From positions 1 to 38,138 of IMG/VR virus record IMGVR_UViG_3300042191_000039: 38,138 bases of DNA. One strand, given 5' to 3'. Of the stretch, positions 1-9,681 are shown one piece after another. The stretch comes from a virus (taxonomy: Duplodnaviria > Caudoviricetes). Every line of letters starts with the position of its first letter. The stretch's first letter is position 1. The position numbers were made by a program, and so were the translations under genes. The notes below the pieces were generated by a model. That model had not been told where the DNA came from. It did no database searches and was given only the letters and a program-made list of their open reading frames with translations.

Positions 1-30
1 GGATGTAAATCCCCGATCATCCCCCAGCAC
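1..30. repeat. Terminal direct repeat, left copy (circular assembly overlap)
   Basis: ggatgtaaatccccgatcatcccccagcac at 1-30 is identical to 38108-38137. Confidence 0.95.
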
Positions 31-103
31 CCCACGGCCACCCCCACGTGCGGCTCCGATGGTTTCGACGCCTCAGCCGCCAATATTCGGGGGACCCGAT
101 GAC

Positions 104-592
104 GTGGCAGGTCCTGGTCGCCGCGGTCCGGCTCCCGCGCCCGTTGAGGACAAGCGCCGGCGGGGTAATCCTGGCAAGCACGCGCTCCCCGCGCCAATCA
201 TCGCGCTCGCGCCGGTTTCACGGCTGCCGGCCGGCCGTCTCCCTGACTCCGGCGAGGCACTCATCGAGCAGATCCTCGACGGCCCGGCCTCGACTTGGAT
301 TGCCGACCCTGACCGCCTGGCGCTTCTCCAGCTTCTCCGGGATGGCTGGGACGAGCGTCTCCGGCTCCGCGAGGCGATCGACAACCTCGGCGACGAATGG
401 ATCAATGGTCGCTACACCCCGGCCGTCTTCCTCCGTCTCGAGCGGGTTGAGAAGGGCCTGACGACGTGGCTATCGCTACTCGGCCTGACGCCTTCCGACC
501 GGTCCCGACTCGGAGTAGCGGAAGTGAAGGCCCGAAGCCGTCTCGAAGGACTCCGCGCCCGTCGCGACGCGGCTCGGAACCGCGCTGGATGA
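104..592 (+). CDS. terS: Terminase small subunit (P27-like)
   Basis: N-terminal GRRGPAP..KRRRGNPGK and C-terminal LGLTPSDRSRL pattern; immediately upstream of terL. GTG start at 104 preferred, but the frame is open from 59. Confidence 0.85.
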   Translation: MAGPGRRGPAPAPVEDKRRRGNPGKHALPAPIIALAPVSRLPAGRLPDSGEALIEQILDGPASTWIADPDRLALLQLLRDGWDERLRLREAIDNLGDEWINGRYTPAVFLRLERVEKGLTTWLSLLGLTPSDRSRLGVAEVKARSRLEGLRARRDAARNRAG

Positions 593-2094
593 CCACCGTG
601 CCTGTATCCGAGATCCGAGCTGGGGATGGCCCGTTTATCCGCGAGTTCATCGCTGACCATTGCCGGATCACGAAGGATTCATTCGGCGGCCCTGCCGGGG
701 AGATCCTCAGCCTCCGCCCCTGGCAGGACTCGATGCTTGATCGGCTGTTCGCCCGCCGGCCTGACGGGAAGCGTAGGCACCGTACCGCGCTCATCGGCAT
801 CCCGCGCAAGAACGGGAAGACTGCCGTCATCGCCGGGGTGGCCCTGTACGGCCTGACGATGGAGGACGAGGGTGCCGAGGTCTACTCCGTGGCTGGCGAT
901 CGGGACCAGGCGCGGTTGGTGTTCGGGACGGCCAAGCGGATGGTCGAGCTCGACCCCGAACTGTCGGGCGAGTGCAAGCTCTATCGCGACGCTATCGAGG
1001 TGGTCGAAACCGGCTCCGTCTACCGCGCCCTGTCGGCCGAGGCACCTCTCAAGGAGGGCCTGTCGCCGACCCTGACCGTCGTCGACGAGGTTCACGTCAT
1101 CGACGAGGACCTGTGGAACGTCTTCGCACTGGCGATGGGTGCCCGGATCGATCCGCTAATGGTCGGGATCACCACGGCCGGGGCGAGATTCGACACGCGG
1201 GGCCGTGAAACCCTTTGCTACCGGATGTGGGACTACGGTCGGCGGGTCGCGGCGGGCGAGATCGTCGATCCGACGTTCTACTTCGAGTGGTGGGCAGCTC
1301 CCGAAGACCTGGATTACCGCGATCCACGGACATGGGGCATCGCCAACCCCGGTTACGGTGACATTCTCGACCCCGAGCAGCTCGCGTCGAGCGTTGGGCC
1401 GACTCCCGAACCCGAGTTTCGCACGAAGCACCTCAACCAGTGGGTGACGAGCCTCGCGTCGGTCTTCCCGACAGGCTCTTGGGATGCGATCGGCTGGGAC
1501 GTGCTGCATCCCGACGTGTCGCGGGTCATCTCGCCTACCGAACCGGTCGTACTGGGCCTCGACGGTTCGTGGAACGGCGACTCTACGGCCCTTGTGGGCT
1601 GCGCGGCGACTGATCTGCACCTGTTCGAGGTCAATGCCTGGGAGCGCGAGCCGAACGATCCCCACTGGCGGGTCGAGGCTGAGGACGTGGACACTGCGGT
1701 AGAAGCCGCCCACAAGCGGTACAACGTCGTCGAGATGGCCTGCGACCCCCACGAGTGGCGGGCGCAGATGCAGAAGTGGGAGCGGGAGCGATACCGGATC
1801 ACCGAATGGCCGACCAACTCCCTCGATCGCATGATCCCGGCCTGGAAAGAGTTCTACGGCGCCGTCATGGACAAGCTGATCTCACACGACGGCTCGCCGG
1901 GGCTCGCCCGCCACGTTGCGAATGCCGTTCTCAAGGTCGACCAGCGCGGCGCTCGGCCGACGAAGGAATACAAGTCGTCCGGGCGGAAGATTGACCGCCT
2001 GATCGCGGCCCTCATCGCCCGTGACCGGGCCGCGTGGCACCACACGAGGCTCGGCCAGGAGCGCAAGCCGCGCCGCATCGTGGGGTTCCGATGA
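589..2094 (+). CDS. terL: Terminase large subunit
   Basis: LRPWQ motif, Walker A IPRKNGKT, Walker B VVDEVH, ITTAG coupling motif, nuclease LGLDGSWNGDSTAL and KID; ATGA overlap with terS. Confidence 0.97.
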   Translation: MTTVPVSEIRAGDGPFIREFIADHCRITKDSFGGPAGEILSLRPWQDSMLDRLFARRPDGKRRHRTALIGIPRKNGKTAVIAGVALYGLTMEDEGAEVYSVAGDRDQARLVFGTAKRMVELDPELSGECKLYRDAIEVVETGSVYRALSAEAPLKEGLSPTLTVVDEVHVIDEDLWNVFALAMGARIDPLMVGITTAGARFDTRGRETLCYRMWDYGRRVAAGEIVDPTFYFEWWAAPEDLDYRDPRTWGIANPGYGDILDPEQLASSVGPTPEPEFRTKHLNQWVTSLASVFPTGSWDAIGWDVLHPDVSRVISPTEPVVLGLDGSWNGDSTALVGCAATDLHLFEVNAWEREPNDPHWRVEAEDVDTAVEAAHKRYNVVEMACDPHEWRAQMQKWERERYRITEWPTNSLDRMIPAWKEFYGAVMDKLISHDGSPGLARHVANAVLKVDQRGARPTKEYKSSGRKIDRLIAALIARDRAAWHHTRLGQERKPRRIVGFR

Positions 2095-3539
2095 TCGACC
2101 TCCGCACGCCCGCCATTCAGACGCCTGAGTGGTGGCTGTCCCGGCTTCTGGCCCGTCTCGAAGCTCGCGCCATCACGCTCCGGCGCTGGTCCGCCTATTA
2201 CGAGGGCGACCAGCCGATGCGTTTCGCGTCGGAGGCGTGGAAGGAGAACTTCCGGGACCGGTTCCCGCACTTCTCGTCCAACTTCTGCGCCCTGATCGTC
2301 GATGGCACCCGCGAGCGCATGGAGGTGCAGGGGTTCCGGTTCCGGGACCAGGACGGGGACAAGGATCTGTGGGAAATCTGGCAGGCCAACGACCTTGACG
2401 GCGGTTCGCAGCTTGCTCACACCGAGGCGTTGGTCAAGGGCATCGCGTATGCCCTCGTGGAGCCCAATGGACAGGACTTCCCGACGATCACCGTCGAGGA
2501 TCCGCTCGACTGCATCGTGGAACTCGCCCCGAAGGACCGCCGGAAGCGATTGGCCGGCCTCAAGCGGTGGATCGATGAGGACGGCCGGCTCGTCGCCTAC
2601 GTGTACCTCCCCGATGCCGTGTACAAGTACCGCACCGCGAGGCCGGTCGACACGAACTCGACCTACACCCCCGATCTCGCGTGGATCACGGCCCAGAACT
2701 TCGGCAAATGGCAGCCGGCGGATGAGGAGTGGCCGCTCCCGAACCCACTCAATGAGGTCCCGCTCGTCCCGCTCCCCAATCGACCCCGAATCAAGGCTCC
2801 AGATGGGCAGTCGGAGATCGCGCCGGTCATGTCGAACCAGGACGCGATCAACAAGTACCGTGCCGATGCGCTCGTGGCATCGGAGTTCGTCGCCTACCCG
2901 CAGCGGTGGGCCATCGGGGTCGAAACGGAGACGGACGACGACACGGGCGAGCAGAAGCAGCCGTTCAAGGCCGCCATCGACCGCCTGTGGGTCGTCCCGC
3001 CGGGTGATCCGAACGACCCGAACCCTCCGAAGGTGGAGTTTGGTCAGTTCGCGGCAGCCTCACTCCAGCCGTACCAGGACATGATCGAGGGAGAGATCGG
3101 TCAGATGTCCTCGATCTCGCGGATGCCGTATCACTACCTCTTGGGCCAGCCGCAGTCGGTTCCACCGTCGGGCGAATCGCTCAAGTCGTCGGAGGCCGGC
3201 CTCGTTGCCAAGGTCCGCACCGCTCGCATCCATCTCGGCGAGGGCTGGGAGGAGACGATGCGCCTCGCTCTCCGTGCCATGAACGATGCGCGGGCCGATA
3301 TTCGCACCGCCGAGACGATCTGGCGCGACCCGGAAACGCGTAATGAGGCCGTCAGGACCGATGCGGTTATCAAGCAGTTCTCGGCCGGCCTCATCTCCAA
3401 GGAGGTGGCCCTTGAGGCGCTGGGCTATTCCCCCGAGCAGATCCAGCGCATGGCAATGGAGCCGCCGGCAGTCGAGGCATCGACCAACGGGACGATGCGG
3501 CTGCCGGTCCTTGCGGGAGGTGCGACCAATGGTCAGTGA
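2091..3539 (+). CDS. Portal protein (SPP1 gp6-like)
   Basis: YYEGDQ, NFCALIVD, IWQANDLD, PSGESLK motifs; about 480 aa directly after terL. Confidence 0.93.
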   Translation: MIDLRTPAIQTPEWWLSRLLARLEARAITLRRWSAYYEGDQPMRFASEAWKENFRDRFPHFSSNFCALIVDGTRERMEVQGFRFRDQDGDKDLWEIWQANDLDGGSQLAHTEALVKGIAYALVEPNGQDFPTITVEDPLDCIVELAPKDRRKRLAGLKRWIDEDGRLVAYVYLPDAVYKYRTARPVDTNSTYTPDLAWITAQNFGKWQPADEEWPLPNPLNEVPLVPLPNRPRIKAPDGQSEIAPVMSNQDAINKYRADALVASEFVAYPQRWAIGVETETDDDTGEQKQPFKAAIDRLWVVPPGDPNDPNPPKVEFGQFAAASLQPYQDMIEGEIGQMSSISRMPYHYLLGQPQSVPPSGESLKSSEAGLVAKVRTARIHLGEGWEETMRLALRAMNDARADIRTAETIWRDPETRNEAVRTDAVIKQFSAGLISKEVALEALGYSPEQIQRMAMEPPAVEASTNGTMRLPVLAGGATNGQ

Positions 3540-3855
3540 CAAGCCGTGGGGTGATATCAGCGAGGCCGACTACGCTTCCACGGAAGCCTTCTGCCAAGCC
3601 TGCCTCATCAACGGCAACGACGCGCCGAACCCTGTCGACTGGTCGAAAGGGCTTTGCAAGCTCCCCGTCAAGGAGCCGGGCGGTGCCTTGAACCGCAACG
3701 GCGTCCACGCCGCTGCGGCGGCATTGTCCGGGGCTCGTGGTGGGGTCAAGGCGCACCCGGCCGAGAAGCGATCCGCCGCGAAGAAACTCATGGGTCTCTA
3801 CCACGAGATGGACGAGATGGCACCCGATTCGGTCCGCCGAATGGCGGGCATGTGA
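3529..3855 (+). CDS. Head-morphogenesis-region hypothetical protein
   Basis: GGAGG RBS, ATG at 3529; CKLPVKEPGGALNRNGVHAAAAALSGARGGV segment; lies between portal and scaffold. Confidence 0.7.
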   Translation: MVSDKPWGDISEADYASTEAFCQACLINGNDAPNPVDWSKGLCKLPVKEPGGALNRNGVHAAAAALSGARGGVKAHPAEKRSAAKKLMGLYHEMDEMAPDSVRRMAGM

Positions 3856-3891
3856 CCAGCGGCCCTAGACAAGAGGTGGTGAAGGACTATC

Positions 3892-4464
3892 ATGGCTGAC
3901 CAGATCACAGGCGCGGCCGGAGCCCAGGCGGCATCGGACACGCAGCCCCCGGCGGGCGACCCTCCGACCCAGGCGGACGGCGGGACGGTAGAGCAACCAC
4001 AGCCGGAGACGATCTCCTTTGAGGAGGCCCGCAAGCTGCGGTCGGAGGCGAACAGTCTCCGCAAGCGGCTCAAGGAACTCGAGGAAGCCCAGTCAAAGGC
4101 CACTGAGGCGAAGCTCTCCGAAACCGAGCGACTGACGAAACGTGCGGCCGACCTTGAGCGCGAGCTCGCCGACCGCGACCGGCTACTCCAGGAGCGGACT
4201 GTGAGCAGCCGGACCGTCGAGACAGCAGCCCGGCTCGGATTCCGTAACCCGGAACTCGCTTACCGGTTGCTCGACCAATCCGAACTCGACTTTGGAGAGG
4301 ATGGTCAGCCCAAGAACGTGGAACCGCTCCTGCGGGCATTGCTCGACAAGGAGCCGTACCTGGCGAAGACGCCGGGCGACTTCGGCGGTGGAAACCGCGG
4401 GACGACCCCCAGCGGGACGCCCGACATGGATGGCCTGCTCCGAGCCGCCGTGCGAGGCGGATAG
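3892..4464 (+). CDS. Capsid scaffolding protein
   Basis: Acidic/Pro N-terminus, coiled coil (KLRSEANSLRKRLKELE), KEPYL, GGGNRG and MDGLLRAA tail; directly before the major capsid gene. Confidence 0.85.
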   Translation: MADQITGAAGAQAASDTQPPAGDPPTQADGGTVEQPQPETISFEEARKLRSEANSLRKRLKELEEAQSKATEAKLSETERLTKRAADLERELADRDRLLQERTVSSRTVETAARLGFRNPELAYRLLDQSELDFGEDGQPKNVEPLLRALLDKEPYLAKTPGDFGGGNRGTTPSGTPDMDGLLRAAVRGG

Positions 4465-4476
4465 AACCGAATAGAA

Positions 4477-4541
4477 CCCGACCGGCCTGAGATGCGAGTG
4501 GTGGCCGGACCCGGATCTCCCCTACTCGCAGGGAGACCTAT
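4477..4541 (+). promoter_or_regulatory. Structured leader of the major capsid gene (two hairpins with complementary loops)
   Basis: ccggcc/ggccgg stem with tgcgagt in its loop; tctccc/gggaga stem covering the SD with actcgca in its loop; related element at 10142-10207. Confidence 0.6.
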
Positions 4542-5471
4542 ATGGCTGATATCAGCCGATCCGAGGCGCTGGCCCTCATCAACCAGCAGAACATGGCCGA
4601 GATCTTCCAACAGGTCGCCGAACAGTCGGCGGCCATGCGGACATTCCGCACCGTGCGGATGAGCGCGAAGCAGGCCCGGATGCCCGTCATCGACGCCCTG
4701 CCGACCGCGGGCTTCGTCAACGGTGACACCGGGACGAAGGCCACCGCTCAGCAGGTTTGGGCGTCCAAGACGCTCGAGGCCGAGGAGATCGCGGTCATCG
4801 TCCCGATCCCGGAGAACGTGTTCGACGACACCGCCTTCAACGTGTGGGCAGAGGTCCGACCGCGCATCGCCGAAGCGGTCGGTGCCGTCATCGACGCCGC
4901 GGTGTTCTTCGGTACCAACTCCCCGGCAAGCTGGGCGGATTCGCTCGTCGAGGGCGCCATCGCGGCTGGCAACACGTACACCCGCGGCACGTCCACGGTG
5001 GACCTCGCGGAAGACCTGAACCAGACGATCGCCCTCGTCGAGGCCGACGGCTTCGATCCGAACATCGTCTACGCCGCTCGCTACCTGCGTTCCTCGCTCC
5101 GCGGCCTCCGCGATGACAACGGCCAGCCGATCTACTCCTCGAACCTCCGACGCGACGGCGGGACCGATGCCATCTACGGCATCGACCTCGATTGGGTCAC
5201 GAACGGGGCGTGGGATGCGACGGACGCCGACGCCATCGTGGGCGACCGGAGCAAGGCGATCCTCGGCATCCGCCAGGACATCACCTTCAAGATCCTCGAT
5301 CAGGCCACCCTGACCGATGGCGCCGGCAATATCGTGTTCTCGCTCGCCGAGCAGGACATGATCGCCCTCCGGGCGAAGTTCCGGGCGGGCTTCCAGGTCG
5401 CCGACCCGACCACCATCGAGGGTGGATCGGGCGCTTATCCGTTCGCGGTTCTGCGGCCGGTCGGCAGCTAG
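4542..5471 (+). CDS. Major capsid protein (HK97 fold)
   Basis: 309 aa after the scaffold; EEIAVIVPIPENV, IDAAVFFGT, LRGLRDDNGQPI, GIRQDITFKIL, LAEQDMIALRAKFRAGF. Confidence 0.95.
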   Translation: MADISRSEALALINQQNMAEIFQQVAEQSAAMRTFRTVRMSAKQARMPVIDALPTAGFVNGDTGTKATAQQVWASKTLEAEEIAVIVPIPENVFDDTAFNVWAEVRPRIAEAVGAVIDAAVFFGTNSPASWADSLVEGAIAAGNTYTRGTSTVDLAEDLNQTIALVEADGFDPNIVYAARYLRSSLRGLRDDNGQPIYSSNLRRDGGTDAIYGIDLDWVTNGAWDATDADAIVGDRSKAILGIRQDITFKILDQATLTDGAGNIVFSLAEQDMIALRAKFRAGFQVADPTTIEGGSGAYPFAVLRPVGS

Positions 5472-5816
5472 TTGAACGACCGAGCGATCTCGGTCAAGGA
5501 GGAGGCGCCGCGGGCAACCCGGCGCCCTCCTCGAATCTTCATCAAGGAGGAGGAGCGCGTGGCAGGGCAGACGTATCGACTGATGCACCCGAGCGGTCGG
5601 TTCTCGATCGCCGTGGTCGGTGACGCCCGCCGCGACACATTCCTCCGTCGCTTCTACACGATGGCCCGGATCGCCGATCCCGGACCCATCGTCGTGTCCA
5701 AGGCGCCCGGCGGTGCGACGCGTGCGGCCCTGATCGCTAGGGCGAAGGAACTTGGCATCCCGGCCAAGGGCACCAATGAAGCACTGGCAGCGGCTATCGC
5801 GGAGGCCGAGGCGTGA
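5472..5816 (+). CDS. Small virion-region protein with C-terminal HeH/Rho-N-like helical motif
   Basis: TRAALIARAKELGIPAKGTNEALAAAI tail; follows the major capsid gene; start uncertain. Confidence 0.6.
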   Translation: MNDRAISVKEEAPRATRRPPRIFIKEEERVAGQTYRLMHPSGRFSIAVVGDARRDTFLRRFYTMARIADPGPIVVSKAPGGATRAALIARAKELGIPAKGTNEALAAAIAEAEA

Positions 5817-6667
5817 CCCAGGCCGCTCGCGGCACGACGTACACTTGGTCGGCCTACTTCCGCAACGCCGCGGACGAGCTGGTCGACTGCGCGGACCTGA
5901 CCCTGACCGTCGCTGACCCCGATGGGGATGTGCTGACCGGGTTCCCGGTGTCCGCCCCGGCCATCGTCCGGGTTTCGCTCGGCACCTACACCTACGCTTG
6001 GGCCGTCCCGTCCGGCTCTGACCTCGGCAGATACGATGCCGACTGGGCGGGTACAGGTGATATCGATGGACTCGCCTACGGCGGGTCGGATTCGGTCGAG
6101 ATCGTCGAGGTCGGATCGGTAACCCCACATGTAGTGGCGACCGATGACGTTCGAGCACTTGTCTCGACGGACCTGACCGATGACCAGTTGGGCGACGTGA
6201 TCGGCCGCGAGGAGGCATGGCTCGTCCGCCGGATCGGACAGTTGATCGGCGAGCGGACCCAAACCTTCCTCGATGTCACCTCTGACCAGATCATGCGTCT
6301 CCGGCGACCGACTGATAGCGTCACGGTCGAAGACAACGACGTGGCCGTGACGACGATCGAGATGCGCCGTAGGGGTTTCGCTGTGGCCCGGACCTCCGGG
6401 ACATGGACGGGTCCAGTCGAGGTGACCTACACCCCAAATGATGCCGAGGAGGTTCGGTCCGGGGTAATCGAACTTGTCGAGATCCGCCTGTCAGAGAGCG
6501 GCTACAAGTCCGAACGGATCGGCGAGTACAGCTACGACAAGGGCGACAAGCCCAAGTCGCGGATGAGCGTCGTGCGCGGCCTCCTGGAGCCGCAGACGCC
6601 CACCAGCGTCAGGATCCCGACCACGGCTACTCCGATCACGAGCGAGATCGTCGTGGTGACCTCGTGA
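5813..6667 (+). CDS. Head-to-tail connector with N-terminal beta-rich extra domain
   Basis: VATDDVRAL and GYKSERIGEYSY adaptor-type motifs in the C-terminal part; about 100 aa beta-rich N-terminal domain. Confidence 0.7.
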   Translation: MTQAARGTTYTWSAYFRNAADELVDCADLTLTVADPDGDVLTGFPVSAPAIVRVSLGTYTYAWAVPSGSDLGRYDADWAGTGDIDGLAYGGSDSVEIVEVGSVTPHVVATDDVRALVSTDLTDDQLGDVIGREEAWLVRRIGQLIGERTQTFLDVTSDQIMRLRRPTDSVTVEDNDVAVTTIEMRRRGFAVARTSGTWTGPVEVTYTPNDAEEVRSGVIELVEIRLSESGYKSERIGEYSYDKGDKPKSRMSVVRGLLEPQTPTSVRIPTTATPITSEIVVVTS

Positions 6668-7737
6668 AGGTGTTCAACATCGCGGCCGGGCTCGACACTG
6701 GAGGCCAGATGGTCGGGATGCAGCGGGCATTCAGCCGTCACTCGAAGACGTGGAAGATGTCTTCGCTCGCCACGACGCCCCACCGCTTCGGCTATCCACA
6801 GCACATCAAGCCCGGTCCGACCAGCCGGGAGACTCGAGCGGTCATGGAGCGGCTGTGGGTCGAGGCCGATGTCGTCCACGTCCACCGGAACCTGCTGTGG
6901 TTTGCCCCGTTCGATGCCAAGGCACGGCGCCCAATTGTCCTCAACCATCACGGTACGGCGTTCCGGGCGGCGCCCGAAGATGCCATGCGGTTGGCGAAGT
7001 CGATCGGTGCGGTGAGCGTTGGGTCAACGATCGATCTCCTGAACTACAGCCCGGACGTAACGTGGCTTCCGGCGCCGTTCGACGTGAATGCCATGCTGGA
7101 GATCCGCAGAGCCACCAGGCGGTCAAGCAAGGTCGTTCGCATCGCCCACGCGCCCAGCGACCGTCGGATCAAGTCCACGCCGGCTGTCGAGGTTGCGGTC
7201 AGGCGTTTGGCCGAGCGGTATCCGATCGAGTTCGACCTGATCGAGAACGTCCCGTGGGCCGAGTGCCTGAGACGGAAGGCCCGCGCTGATATCGTGGTCG
7301 ACCAGCTCACCCTCGGTTACGGCTGCAATGCGGTCGAGGCGTGGAGCATGGGCATCCCGGTCATTGCTGGAACGACCAACCCTGAGACGCGCGAGCGGAT
7401 GGTCGACATCCTAGGTTCGCTGCCGTTCTATGAAGCGACTGAGGCGAACCTATACGACCGGTTGGAGGAACTGGTCGCGGACAAGGAACTTCGGGTCAAG
7501 TGGGGCCGCAAGGGACTTGCCTACGCCAGACGTTGGCATGATGACCGGGTATCCGTTCCGCGGATGGAGGCGCTCTATGAGCGGGCGGTCGCCGAACGGT
7601 TGCCGGTTCCGCTCGCTGCCATTCCGACTCCATCTCCGAAGAACCGACTAGTCCAGGTTCGCGATCACCTTGGCCGCATCCGGTTGATGACCCCGGTTCG
7701 AGCCAAGATCCGTGGCTTCGAGGTGGTCGCGGCGTGA
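6664..7737 (+). CDS. Glycosyltransferase, GT-B fold (GT4-like)
   Basis: ADVVHVH, HHGT, RIAHAPSDRRIKST, ADIVVDQLTLGYGCNAVEAWSMGIPVI. Confidence 0.85.
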   Translation: MKVFNIAAGLDTGGQMVGMQRAFSRHSKTWKMSSLATTPHRFGYPQHIKPGPTSRETRAVMERLWVEADVVHVHRNLLWFAPFDAKARRPIVLNHHGTAFRAAPEDAMRLAKSIGAVSVGSTIDLLNYSPDVTWLPAPFDVNAMLEIRRATRRSSKVVRIAHAPSDRRIKSTPAVEVAVRRLAERYPIEFDLIENVPWAECLRRKARADIVVDQLTLGYGCNAVEAWSMGIPVIAGTTNPETRERMVDILGSLPFYEATEANLYDRLEELVADKELRVKWGRKGLAYARRWHDDRVSVPRMEALYERAVAERLPVPLAAIPTPSPKNRLVQVRDHLGRIRLMTPVRAKIRGFEVVAA

Positions 7738-8282
7738 CCTACGATCCGGTCGCCCACTGGCAGGAGCGCGGTGCGCGGTACGAGCGCGAGTTCCGGCGCA
7801 AGCCCGCCTTCGACGCCCAAGAGGCGGCCATCCTCGACGTACTCGACGGACTGTCCTTCCGGTCGATCCTCGAAGTCGGCTGCGGCTTCGGTCGGGTCAC
7901 CCGGCTGGTAGCGGAACGTTGGCCCGATGTCCCGATCACTGCTCTCGATCTGTCGACAGAACAACTGGCTTCGCTCCAATCTGCGGTCCCGCGCGTCCAG
8001 ACGGTCGAGTCGACCATCCAGGGCTTCACATCCCGACGCAAGTGGGATCTGGTTCTCGCGGTGGAGGTGCTGATGCACGTCCCGCCCGACCAGATCGAGA
8101 AGGTCGTCGGCAAGCTGCGCCGGCTCGCTCGAACAAACCTCGTCTCGGTCGATTGGGCCGTGCCCTACGGTGATACGAGGGAACTTGGCGGGACCGACTT
8201 CTGCCATGACTACGCGGCGCTGTACGGGGATGCCGATGTGGTCGAACTCGGCGCCCAGCGGCTCTACCGGGTGACGATATGA
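7734..8282 (+). CDS. Class I SAM-dependent methyltransferase
   Basis: ILEVGCGFGR motif I, ALDLS, WDLVLAVEVLMHV. Confidence 0.9.
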   Translation: MTYDPVAHWQERGARYEREFRRKPAFDAQEAAILDVLDGLSFRSILEVGCGFGRVTRLVAERWPDVPITALDLSTEQLASLQSAVPRVQTVESTIQGFTSRRKWDLVLAVEVLMHVPPDQIEKVVGKLRRLARTNLVSVDWAVPYGDTRELGGTDFCHDYAALYGDADVVELGAQRLYRVTI

Positions 8283-9331
8283 GAGTCCTCATCCACTCGA
8301 CCGGCCAGGACACCGGAGGCCAGGGTTCCCGGATCAAGGAACTCCTCGAGCGTCACGTCGAGGGCATCGAGGTCCGCTCGGCGATCGTCAAGGAGACGTA
8401 CATCGGCTATCCGACCGATGTTCTGATCCGAGATTCTCGCCATGCGCAAGAGTTGTTCGATTGGGCGGATGTGCTCCATCTCCGCCACCGCCTGATCGCG
8501 TGGAAGCAGTGTTCAGGCGATCGAGCTCGTCCGACGATCCTCCACCACCACGGCACGTTCTTCATCGAGAACCATCGCTGGTTCTACCCCGAAGTCGACG
8601 GGCTGGGCATCCGCCAGTTCGTGTCGGGGCTGGAGATGCAGGAGATGGAGCCAGGCTGTACGTGGCTGCCGCAGCCACACGATATGGATGCCCTCTCAGC
8701 GATCCGACGCAAGGTCTACCGCCGCCACAGCACGCTCCGTATCGTCCAGTGCCCGACCCGGCCGTCCAAGGGCACCGCGATAGTCAGGGAGGCCGTCGCT
8801 CGATTGGCTGAGCGGTACGACTTCGATTTCGAGGTCATTTCGGGCGTGTCGTGGGCCGAATGCCTCCGTCAGAAGGCCCGTGCCGACATCTTCATCGATC
8901 AGATCGGCCCCGGCGCGTGGGGCTACGGCAACAACGCCGTCGAGGCGTGGGCGATGGGGATGCCGGTGATCTCCGAGGCGCCCGATCCGAAGGTCCACGC
9001 CCGGATGCTGAATGCGTGGGGTGAACTGCCGTTCCTGTCCACGCATGGCTCGACGGTGGAGGTCCAGCTCGAACGGCTCATCACCAGCAAGGCGCTGCGC
9101 GAGGAATACGCCGCCCGCGGCGAAGCGCATGGCCGGGCGTTCCACGACTACCCGGTGGGGGCCCGGCAACTCGATGAGACGTATCGCTCGCAACCGTCGA
9201 CCGTGGGTGCCCGACTCATGCCTCCGTCCCCGACTAACCGGCTGATCCAGGTCGTCGATAACACGGGCCGGGTTCGCTTGATGACGCCAGTCCGCGCGAA
9301 GCTGCGCGGCTATGCCCCGGTGACGGCATGA
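8279..9331 (+). CDS. Glycosyltransferase, GT-B fold (paralogue of 6664-7737)
   Basis: DTGGQ, WADVLHL, HHHGT, ADIFIDQ..GYGNNAVEAWAMGMPVI. Confidence 0.85.
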   Translation: MRVLIHSTGQDTGGQGSRIKELLERHVEGIEVRSAIVKETYIGYPTDVLIRDSRHAQELFDWADVLHLRHRLIAWKQCSGDRARPTILHHHGTFFIENHRWFYPEVDGLGIRQFVSGLEMQEMEPGCTWLPQPHDMDALSAIRRKVYRRHSTLRIVQCPTRPSKGTAIVREAVARLAERYDFDFEVISGVSWAECLRQKARADIFIDQIGPGAWGYGNNAVEAWAMGMPVISEAPDPKVHARMLNAWGELPFLSTHGSTVEVQLERLITSKALREEYAARGEAHGRAFHDYPVGARQLDETYRSQPSTVGARLMPPSPTNRLIQVVDNTGRVRLMTPVRAKLRGYAPVTA

Positions 9332-9681
9332 GCTACTCCGGCCTCCTCCGCCACGATCTGACCCTGCTCACGCCGCCGGATCCTGACAACGACGATTGGG
9401 ACTCGATCCCGACGTGGGCCGAGGGTTCAAGCGTTCGCGGGCTCGTTCAGGACCGGTCAGGCGAGGCGATCGAGGGGCCTGATCTCGGCGGGACGCTCGT
9501 GGCGAATGCGGTCATCTTCCTACCGGCCGGGACCTCCGTCACGGAACAGCACAAGATCCGCCGGGAGGACACCCAGCGGGTCTATCGCATCCTGCACGTC
9601 CGCGATGCCGCTGGGCAGGGGCACCACATCGAGCTCGCCGCCAAGCTGGTCGAGCCGGTCCCGGCAGAGGAGGCATCGTGA
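9328..9681 (+). CDS. Head closure / head-tail adaptor (stopper)
   Basis: IFLPAGTSVTEQHKI..VYRILHVRDAAGQGHHIEL pattern; 117 aa. Confidence 0.8.
   Translation: MSYSGLLRHDLTLLTPPDPDNDDWDSIPTWAEGSSVRGLVQDRSGEAIEGPDLGGTLVANAVIFLPAGTSVTEQHKIRREDTQRVYRILHVRDAAGQGHHIELAAKLVEPVPAEEAS

Noticed and set aside
4305-6218. 637-aa minus-strand ORF
   Set aside because: Antisense shadow of the high-GC capsid-region genes; no motifs
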